Assembly: GCA_951406725.2 (NCBI GenBank) | Contig: OX597825.1 | Span: 30,132,001-30,196,000 of the forward strand | Length of the DNA: 64,000 nucleotides | Source: Octopus vulgaris | Taxonomy: Eukaryota | Reading direction: 5' to 3' | Shown here: positions 53,763 to 64,000 of the stretch, piece by piece | Numbering within the stretch: the stretch's first letter is position 1 | How the letters are laid out: each line of letters begins with the position of its first letter | Position numbers and translations under genes: made by a program | Notes under the pieces: generated by a model | The model's database searches: none | What the model was told of the DNA's origin: nothing | The model's input: only the letters and a program-made list of their open reading frames with translations

Positions 53763-54819
53763 ATATATATATATATATATTTGTATGTATGTATATATAT
53801 ATATATGTATATATGTATGCATATGTGTATAGAATAGGATTCTTTTTGTTACTATTTAATACATTCACAAAGCTATGTTTTGTCAGCCCAAGCCTGTAAT
53901 AAAAGACATTTTCCCAAACTGCCAATCAGTGGGGCTGAACCTGAAGCTACATGGTATGGAAGCTAACTTCTTGACCACACAACCCTGTCTGTAGTTCAAC
54001 ACAGCCATGCCTGCGTTTGTGTAAAGAAATTTTTGTATCGATAATGTTATTCTATATTTGTGTCAGTTTACTTTATACCAAGAGTAATGGATTGGCAAAA
54101 TGGATAAAGTATCCAATGAAATGACCTGATTTCTCTTCTCAGTTTTGTGTTCTCATTTCCTGAGTTGCAGGACTTATTGTGAAACCTGAATGGACATCTC
54201 AATCCGACCTGTGAATGTTTTTGTCAGAACCCACTTTGTTGGTAGCATTCAACTGAAATCTCCAGTTTAGGGACACCTCTCTCTCCTCCTCTCCCTACCA
54301 TTAGATAGATAGACTGTGTGTTTCAGTATAGACTCTATCTACCAATTTTACAAAGCCTTGATCAACTTCAGATATAGCAGAAGATAATATCTCCTGTGCC
54401 ACTCAGCAGGAAGAAACTCAAAGCTGTTTGACTGCAAAGCAAACTTCTCCATCCTAATGCTTATGCACACACATGTACATATATACATTTGCATATGCTC
54501 ATACATACATATGTCTATGCTTGAGTGTGTGTGCATATATGCATGTTTGTAACAACATAAGATGGTAAAAAGAAAGGAAAAAATAGATGCATTGAATGAA
54601 AATATTTTGTATATCTTGAGGAAATGGCTAGATATTCTACAAGGAATTTTTGTTCAATGCATTAATTTCTTTTTTTAACATTTCATGCTGATACACACAT
54701 ACTTATAATATTCAGCATACACTCACTTATCGTTGCCTTCCATCCACCTCCAAAGCTAATAAAGGAAGTCCCAAATAAAGCACTAGAGTCCACAAAATTA
54801 ACTAAGATAAAGACAGCCC

Positions 54820-55080
54820 CTGGGCAAGATTGTTTATTGAAGACCAGCAGTCGCCCATGCATACCAGTTTCCCCTCTCCATGCCACTGATGTTACCTAAG
54901 GAAAGGCAAAGGCTGTTGCAGATTGGCACCAGTGACGTCGCAACTCATTTCTACAGCTGAGTGAACTGGAGCAACATGAAATAAAGTGTCTTGCTCAAGA
55001 ACACAACACACAGCTCAAACCAGGAAACAAACCCAAAACCTCACTATTTAAGCCTGATTCACTAACCAGTGAGCCATGCA
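54820..55080 (-). mobile_element. SINE family D
   Basis: Reverse complement of 4107-4370. Confidence 0.85.
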
Positions 55081-55564
55081 AGATCAATTAAAACCCTGTA
55101 CGTTGGTAGCTCAACTTGGCTGCAGTCCAATGTCCAAAACTTGTACATGAATAATAAAAAAAATGAATATGTTAAGAATAGTTTCATTCACACAACATAA
55201 CATTTTTATGACTTTTAAATTTAAGATGCAATCTTAGCAAAATAAAATCTCTCGATTCAGCATGAAAATTATTAATTGAAAGGTTTAAATATTGAATATT
55301 CATAAAGTTTAGATATTAAAAGATACTTTCCAGACTTTAATATTGTGCAAGTATGCATACACACACAACATATGCACACATGCATCTACACACAAATAAA
55401 TTACACAGCCTTTCAATAAGCAGAGAATATAAAAACCAAAGGAAAGAAAATTGCCATATTCCGAAATGAATCCTTTACTATTTACATTGAAAGACTGTAC
55501 AAAGGTTGTAAGTGTTTTAAATTTACTTTTCCACAATAATAATGATGATGATGATGATGATGAA

Positions 55565-55599
<35 letters not shown>

Positions 55600-55644
55600 C
55601 GATGACGATTATTATTATTATTATTATCATTATTATTATTATTA

Positions 55645-55679
<35 letters not shown>

Positions 55680-55797
55680 GTTATTATAATGATTTTTCTT
55701 TCACTGTTCTCAGGGAACCTGGAAATAGACTATATTGAAGTGAATTCACAATGTAGTCAGAAATCAGGATTAAACTATTATTATTATTATTATTATC

Positions 55798-55833
<36 letters not shown>

Positions 55834-55955
55834 TTCCCCCTTTGATTTTTTTCACATCTGAAACCTTTTTCCCCCTTTCTTCTTTTCTTCCTTAGCTGAT
55901 TGGGGCATGAAATAGCATCAGCAGAAAGTATATCTTGATTTTCAAAGTGAAGATC

Positions 55956-56003
<48 letters not shown>

Positions 56004-56472
56004 GTAATAATGGTAATAATAATAAAACGAAAATCACAATTATTCATAAGCCAATATATATAGTCTATTGATTAGCTTTGGACAAATAAAGTGAATTCTC
56101 ATTATTAATCTTTGATAAAGATGACTGCTGGGGAAGATAGATATATAAATAAAATTTTTTTAAATATATAAAATGTAATTAACAAAGAATCAACCAAAGT
56201 TCTTAACTTAAAGATCATTCTTCAAGAAAACAATAATAGTAATAAATAATTAAAAACTTTAAAAAAAACTCATATATTTTATTTATCGACCAATAAAGCT
56301 CTTGAGTTGAAAAGGAAAATATGACATAAGTTATAGTCGACTAGCTCCTCAGGTCCTTTCAGATATATTTTCAAAATCAATATCTATTGAAAATATTAAA
56401 GTGTACTATAAATATCTTATCCCCTTAACTAATAATTGTATTATATCTTTTTTTATTATCAATATATATATA

Positions 56473-56512
<40 letters not shown>

Positions 56513-56565
56513 TACATACATATATATATATACATATATATATATATACATATATGTTTATATAC

Positions 56566-56650
<85 letters not shown>

Positions 56651-56759
56651 ATACCCAAATTTATATGTATATGCATATCCATCTATATATCTATCTATCT
56701 AATCTATCTATTTATCTATCTGTCTGTATGCCTATCTATCTATACATACATACATACAT

Positions 56760-56811
<52 letters not shown>

Positions 56812-57394
56812 ATATGCATATATATATATAAATATATATATATATATTGCTTTACCATTTTTATCAATATATATAGCTTGATATGTAGATACATACACAC
56901 ACATGCACACATGCACACACTCATACACACACACTTATATGCATACCTGATCAGATCAGAAAGAGACACAATCATGTAGTCATGTGTTAAAGAAATTGTA
57001 AAGCATCATTTCTTATTTATTTAAAGCTGGTACTGAATCTCATAAGTCTCTATTCACATGAACGAGTAAAGATTTCACTTGACGGACATTCTAAGAATCT
57101 AAGAATATATTAAGAAGCTCATATTATAAGCCAAGGTATAGCTGTGTGGTTAAGAATTTAGCTTTTCAACCATGCGGTCCCAGTTTCAATCCCAACAAAC
57201 ACCAAAATGATGTTGTAATTAATTAACAATAAATGTCTCAAAACTGCTTACTGGTGCATTTGGTTGCACTTCTAAGCAAATTTGATATTGATCATGGAGT
57301 GACCAAACTCAGTCTAGCTAGTAAACATTCGGGTTTTTTCTCCTTTTACTTACCCTATTCAAAAGACAGAAACTGTATGGAAGCCAATCCTATA

Positions 57395-57860
57395 GGCATG
57401 CATGTGTGTGTGTTTGTGTGTATGTATATACATGTGCATGTAAGGACGTGTGTATGTATATACATGTGCATGTGTAGACTTGTATGTATGTGTGTTTGTC
57501 TGTGTGAGCATATGTGTATGTAGGCTTGTGCATGGTTGTGCACATGTATATATACATGTGTTTGCATGTGTGTGTATGAGGATGTGTGCATGCATACATG
57601 TATGTGTATGCATATGTGCATATGTATGTAAGCTTAGTTATGTATGTGTATGTCTGTGTAACTTGGTGTACATACATGTGCATGCATGCATCTGGAATGT
57701 GTATGAGGTTGTGTGTAAGCACACATGTATGTGTACGCATGTGTGTATCTGTGCATACGTGTGTGCAATTGAGCGTGTATGTTTGATGTGTGTGCTCATA
57801 TATGTATATGTATGCATGCATGCATGTTTGTGTCTGGGTGTGTTTGTATCTGCATGCCTT
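57395..57860. repeat. Degenerate alternating purine-pyrimidine tract (TG/TA/CA)
   Basis: Direct reading. Confidence 0.85.
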
Positions 57861-59249
57861 CATACTGACACTGCTTCGGCAATTATGGTGTTTGTATTTA
57901 GCATTAGCAAAATGCATCACATCTTGATACGTTAACTTGCAGAACCAGTGGAACAAAGAACCTCATTTGAAAACGAGTAAGGAACCGTATCAAGACAATC
58001 ATATTTCTGGTAAATACTGCTTCAAGATCTGTTGGCAAACCATTCCAGCATGGAAAAAAATAGTGATGATTGTGATGATACTGACTGTGATGATGATGAT
58101 GATGATGATGATGATGACAACCACGACGACGACGATGGTGATGGTGATGTTGGTGATGGTGATGATGGTGATGGTGGTGATGGTGATAATGATGATGATG
58201 ATGGTGATGACAACAACTATGATGATAATGATAATGATGATGATGATAATGATACAATAATGATAACAACAACATCGATGACAATGGCAATAAGGAGGTA
58301 GAGGAGAAAGTGATAATTGCAGATGAAAGCTTAAAGATCAGAGAAAATTATACATGTGAAATAAACAAAAATTTGTAAAACAGAAGATTCATCTTAAAAG
58401 CATGGGAACAGGTGAAGAGGACAAGTTTCTGAAGACAGTCATTCTCTACGAATGATCAAATTATACATCGGGAGTGTCACAAACTTACAAAACAAGTTAG
58501 ATTGACACAAAAATAGTTAGTTTCAGAATATAGTTAGCATGCATTAGATATTATTAGTAAAAATAAAACTGAAACATTGCATGAAATGCAATGATCATAC
58601 CCCCAAATTATTGGAATTTTTTAACACTAAATGTCTAAAAACTGCTTATTGGTGCATTTGGTTGCACTTCTAAGCAAATTTGATAATTGATCATAGAGTA
58701 GCCAAACTCAGTCTAGCTAGTAAACATTCGTGATTTTTTTCCTTTTAATTATCATATTTGCTGACCTATAAGATGCACCCTTGCATAAGACACACCTAAT
58801 TTTCCAAGGATATTTCTTGAGAAAGAAATTCTCAGTATTCTTCATCGTGCATTTATTGAAAGATATTTTAAATGGTTTTGTAATGGAAAGTATGTGATTC
58901 TGCACATGTAAAAACACTACTATGACAGTATAATGGAATAAAATATGAAATCATACAATGTAAGTTTACATTAACATTTAAAGGAAGCTAAATTAAATTT
59001 GCCATAGCAAAAAGAAATAGATTGATAACAATAAAGCCTGATATATGCAAACAAATACAAACACACTGGAAAAATATGGAACGAAACAGACAGAAAAATA
59101 CAAATAGGTGGAGAGTAGTGTCAGTGCAAATGGCTGGAATGAAGGTTTGTTAACATTCCATTCACTTTTCTAGGAGTATTTTTACATTGAAATAATAAAC
59201 AAACTTTTCTTTAAATAATACAGTTATTAAATAATGTAGGTCATATTAG

Positions 59250-59866
59250 TTTCAAATTTTGGCTCAAGGATCGCAATTTCAGGGAAGAGATGAGTCAATT
59301 ACTTATTTCTTTATTGCCCACAAGAGGCTAAACATAGAGGAGGACAAACAAGGACAGACAAAGAGATTAAATTGATTACATTGACTCCAGTGCATAGCTG
59401 GTACTTAATTTATCAACCCCGAAAGGATGAAAGGCAGTCGTCTCCGGCTGCATCGCGGCCAAGCCGGAGACATAGACTTGCTGGCTCATACCCCTTAATG
59501 TAGTCTGGACCCTCTTGGCGTGCAATGGTCACCTAGAAGCATGACTGTTCCGCGTGGGCCAACCCGTAAATTTACAGGTCGGACCACGTCACGGTATCGA
59601 CCACGCAGAATTTGAACTTGGAACGTAACGGCAGACAAAATACCACTAAGCAGTTCGCCCGGCATGGTAATGTTTCTGCCAGCTCCCTGCCTTGAGGTGA
59701 GTCGATTACATCAACCCCAGTGCTCAATTGCTACTTATTTTGTCAACCCTGGAAGGATGAAAGGTAAAGTTGATCTTGGTGGAATTTGAACTCAGAACAT
59801 AAAAATGAATGAAATGCCACTGAACATTTTTCTTGGTGTGCTAACAGTTCTGCCAGCTCACCACCT
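59250..59866 (-). mobile_element. Nested SINE family B copies, one interrupted by a 156-bp insert
   Basis: Homology to 35107-35565; interruption at gaaaggca-gtcg|...|tcgacc. Confidence 0.82.
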
Positions 59867-60179
59867 TAATGTAGAACATATATTAGCTTTAGGTCATGTA
59901 TACAGGGAAAGGAGAGACTTGATACATTGATGTATGCTCCTTGCATAACTGCCAATGAACCATAAATAATTTCTCTTAAATTTGTATTGACTCTGATAAT
60001 TTGGCCTCTTTCCAATACGTGTGTTATTAATGCCCATAAGTGTACCTCATGAACTTATGTTCCTTTGCTCCCTAGCCAACAACACTCAGGCTCCCATTAG
60101 AGGTAGGGGACTTTTTTGATAAGTTTAAGAATAAAATCAGTGCATCATATATGCTGGCAAATAAAGTATACCTTGTTTC

Positions 60180-60258
<79 letters not shown>

Positions 60259-60634
60259 TAGATAGATATATATAGATAGATAGATATATACATACATACA
60301 TACATAGATAAACTTACTTGGAAACAGATGTATGGTGGTGTATACACACATATATATGTATGCATGTGTATATGCTATATGCATGTGTCTATATATACGT
60401 ATACATAAATCTGTTTATCTACCAATCTATCTATCTATGTGCATGTGTGTATGTGTGCATACAGGTGCAGTTATGGCCCTGTGGTTAAAGATCTCATTTC
60501 ACATCCACAGGATTTTGAGTTCAGTCCCAATGTGCAGCACTGAGGCTAGTGTCTTCTGCTATTGTCCTGGGTTAATCAAAGCAACATGGGTGGATATGTG
60601 CGTGTGTGTGTGTGTGTGTGTGTACATACATATG

Positions 60635-62246
60635 CAGTCTGCGATGGGTAAATTGTTGCCCTTTCATACTTTTAATTTCGTGCATACACCTTGTTTTGAT
60701 TTTGTTGACTACACAGTATAGTAGGGTCAGTTGAGCACTGTCTGTGTGAAAAACAGCACCATGATACAATCCCCTCTGCCAGAAATGTGGAAACGACATG
60801 CTGTACTGCTTAGCATTTGTGCCGGAAGCTCCAATCTAAATATTTCAGAGTGTTTGACTGTCCAGCTGAGGGCAGCACAGAGGATTCAGAAAGAGTTGGA
60901 TGAGTCTAATATTGATTATGAGGATACGGCAGCTCAGAAAACTCACTCTGATTGTTCTGATAAGAAAAGAACTCCTGAATTTTTTGGTGAGATCCAGGCC
61001 AAGATTGACAACGATCACCTCCAAGTCAATTAGGTTCATCGTCAGAGGCATGGGAGTGTCAAAGTTCCTTATCAGGCAAGTTGTGCATGAAGACATTTGG
61101 TATCTTTCATATAAGATGAGAAAGGACCAATTTTTATTCCAAACCATCAAGGACAAGAGGAAAGACCATGCTACGAAGCTTTTGAACAAACTCAAGCATC
61201 CCCTCTAACTGAACATGCTTTGGTTTTTCTCAGATGAGAAAAATTTCTGCCAGGATCAGATGGCAAATACACAGAACAACTATTAGTTTGCCATGTCCCC
61301 AAAATATATACTGAGAGTGATAAAAATCAAACATCCAGTCAACATCATAGTATTTGGAGTGATCACTAGTAATGGCAACGTTATGCCTCCATTCATCTTC
61401 CCACATGGCCTCAGACTCAACACAGAGGCCTACATCAAATGCCTGGAGGAGGTAGTGCTGCTCTGGTCCAAGGGGATAGCTGCTGGAAGACCCTGTGTCT
61501 GGCAATAGAAATCTGCACCATGCCACACAAGCAGGAGAACCCAATCATAGCTATCAGATAATTTCTGTTATCACATCACCCCTAACATCTGGCCACCTAA
61601 CTCCCCCAGACTGCAACACTCTTGATTATTATACGTGGGGCACAGTTGAGCAAGAGACTAACAAAACTCTTTGTAACACTAAAGATGAACTGAAGACAAG
61701 GATTATGGCAGCATTGACCAACTTAAGCAAGGAGACCATCCAGAAGAGTTGCAGGAGATTTTGAAGTCGTCTGGAGACAATGGCGATTTTATTGAATAAA
61801 TTTACTCCTTAGTATTTCAAGATCACCGTGATCACCATGACCAACCAGGCTATCAAATGTTGCTACACATTGCTGGTCACAATGCACTTTGCATTGTTTT
61901 AGACTTCAAATGATGCCATCCTGCTGGCTAAGTGAACAGGCCAACAGAAGAAAGAGTGAGAGAAAGTTATGGCAAAAGAGTACAGTAGGGATCGCCACCA
62001 CCCTTTGCCAAAGCCTCGTGGAGCTTTAGGTGTTTTCGCTCCATAAACACTCACAATGCCCGGTCTGGGAATCGAAACCGTGATCCTACAATCTCAAGTC
62101 CACTTCCCTAACCACTGGGCCATTGTGCCTCCACTGTATTTCAAGATATTTTAATGTAATTTTGGTAAATATATCTTTTAAAATAAGATGTCAGTGTTAT
62201 TTTCATTTTTGCGTAATTTAAATGACAGTATATTCACCGCACCCTG
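60635..62246 (+). mobile_element. DD37D (maT) Tc1/mariner transposon, defective; same family as 35643-36841
   Basis: Degenerate TIRs, TA at the right end; FFSDEKNF, then WQ*KSAPCHTSRRTQ...WPPNSP(frameshift)DCNTLDY. The reconstructed spacing from the second catalytic position (mutated here) to the third Asp is 37 aa. Confidence 0.9.
61824..62135 (-). mobile_element. SINE (family E-like head) inserted in the transposon
   Basis: 12-bp TSD gtatttcaagat at 61812-61823 and 62136-62147; tRNA-like head at the right end. Confidence 0.9.
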
Positions 62247-62299
62247 TATATAGGCATCACTCATTTTTCATTTGTTAATGATGATGACCTGAAATCACA

Positions 62300-62478
62300 C
62301 TTGCTTCAGGACCAGAAGTTATATGAGCACAGAATCATGAAGTTGCCAGAAAGAAGGCAAAAGGTCATCAAACAAAATGGAATATATATAATTGATTAAA
62401 GTTCATTCTTTGTATGAAAAACAAATTGACTTTTATTTCACACAGTAAAACCGAAATTACTTTCTTGCTAACACAATA
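62300..62478 (+). mobile_element. Mariner 3' end fragment
   Basis: IMKLPERRQKVIKQNGIYIID* followed by TIR-like aaaaccgaaattactttcttgctaacacaa-ta. Confidence 0.75.
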
Positions 62479-62745
62479 CTTATACATATATGCATTTTTA
62501 TACATGCTCATACCTGTATACATGCATAAATATATGTATTTATATATAAAATTATTATTAAACAAAGGACATACTGAGTATATCTGCCTGCTGGAAATAA
62601 CAGTCAAAAACTCTTATTTAAACTGCCAAAAAAATAATACTGATAATAACTACAGAAGTCAACCATACATGAGCAAACTGGTCAAGAAAATCATTCACAT
62701 ACCTATATAGCATCCAGCAATATATTTTCTAGTATTTGAACTCAC

Positions 62746-62958
62746 GTGGACCGGTTTCCAAATTAGCATTATAGTCTTACCCTCCTCAGCACGTGTTGCC
62801 ACAATGAAAAAAGTTTCCCAACCTGTCACATTGAAGTCTGTGATGCACTGATTTGTCTTGTGCAAAATCATAATATTCTCAGTGTGAAAAGAACTCCAAT
62901 AAGGAGAAAATAATTCAGGAGTGAATATTTGCGAAGATGTTATTAACTCTATTATTAT
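62746..62958 (-). CDS. Candidate internal exon (phase 0-0, 71 codons), beta-propeller/WD40-like
   Basis: Acceptor tttactcatattaccctag, donor CAC|gtgagt; encodes IIIELITSSQIFTPELFSPYWSSFHTENIMILHKTNQCITDFNVTGWETFFIVATRAEEGKTIMLIWKPVH with no stop. Confidence 0.4.
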
Positions 62959-63481
62959 CTAGGGTAATATGAGTAAATTGATAATAACAGACTTAATAAT
63001 ATAGGTGCTTGCAGACCCAAAAAAGCATTCAATAGCTGAAAGATTGAAATTTATATTAATCAAAGGACATACTGAGTATGTCTACCTCCTGGAAATAACA
63101 GTCAAATCTCTTATCTAAACTGCTGGAAAAATAACACTGATAATAACTACAGCAGTCAACCATATGTGAGCAAACAGGCCAATATATCTATATAGCATCC
63201 AGTTATATATTTTCTAGTATTTTTTCAGTGGTTTAAATAAGAGTTTTGACTGTTATTTCCAGCAGGTAGACATACTCAGTATGTCCTTTGATTAATATAA
63301 ATTTTAATCCTTCAGCTATTTAATGCATTTTTTGGACTTGCAATTGCCTATGTTATTAATTCTGTTATTATCAATTTACTCATATTACCCTAGATAATAA
63401 TAGAGTTAATAATATTTTAGCAAATATTCCCTCCTTCACTCTTGAATTATTTGCTCCTTATTCATATATATATATATATAT

Positions 63482-64000
63482 CATCATCATCATCATCATC
63501 ATCATCGTTTAACATCCGCTTTCCATGCTAGCATGGGTTGGACGGTTCAACTGGGGTCTGGGAAGCCCGAAGGCTGCACCAGGCCAGTCAGATCTGGCAG
63601 TGTTTCTACAGCTGGATGCCCTTCCTAACGCCAACCACTCCGAGAGTGTAGTGGGTGATTTTATGTGCCACCGACACAGGTGCCAGACGAGGCTGGCGAA
63701 CGGCCACACTTGGATGGTGCTTTTTACGTGCCACCGGCACGGAGGCCAGTCAATGCGGTACTGGCTACGGCCACATTCAGATGGTTTTCGTATGTGCCAC
63801 CGGCACTGGTACCACAAAACTACAAATTCCATTAATGTTCATCGAGTTTGCTTTTGATTTTGTCCATTTTCACTTGCCTCAACAGGTCTTCACAAGTAGA
63901 GTTATGTGTCCCAAGAAGGAAGGTATGCATAGGTGCACTGACTACGTTCCAGGTAGGGGTCATGGGTTATGGCCTCACTTGTCCAGCCGGGGACACATAT
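63482..64000 (-). mobile_element. RTE-type retroposon 3' region with internal tandem repeats (runs off the window)
   Basis: Reverse homolog of 13987-14413 with (GAT)n tail. Confidence 0.82.

Noticed and set aside
59441-59510. Twister ribozyme fit (UUAAUGU plus GGCCAAGCC)
   Set aside because: Spacing of P2, T1 and P4 could not be made consistent by eye; left as an unclassified structured insert.

Overview
AT-rich, repeat-saturated animal genomic DNA. It is most likely intronic sequence from an octopus; this is inferred from the recurrent SINE families and the dense (TA)n/(CA)n/(AAT)n/(GAT)n tracts. No complete protein-coding gene is visible, and most ORFs in the track are microsatellite artefacts. 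Recognisable content: several tRNA-derived SINE families; decayed RTE and R4/Dong-like (RLE) LINE fragments; mariner and DD37D (maT) transposons; a ZMYM1-like hAT relic; a Helitron with a Pif1-type helicase plus non-autonomous Helitrons; and MITEs. Three short minus-strand segments bounded by splice sites may be exons of a beta-propeller/WD40-like host gene (low confidence). Highlights: (i) a near-intact type I hammerhead ribozyme on the minus strand at 53488-53565, inside a ~430-bp element in (TA)n; (ii) a TSD-flanked palindromic element (267-929) made of head-to-head tRNA-like units, each ending in a degenerate hammerhead; (iii) a candidate exon (62746-62958) surrounded by direct and inverted duplications that could form competing dsRNA structures; (iv) a CpG-rich, highly structured 156-bp insert inside a SINE (59441-59596).
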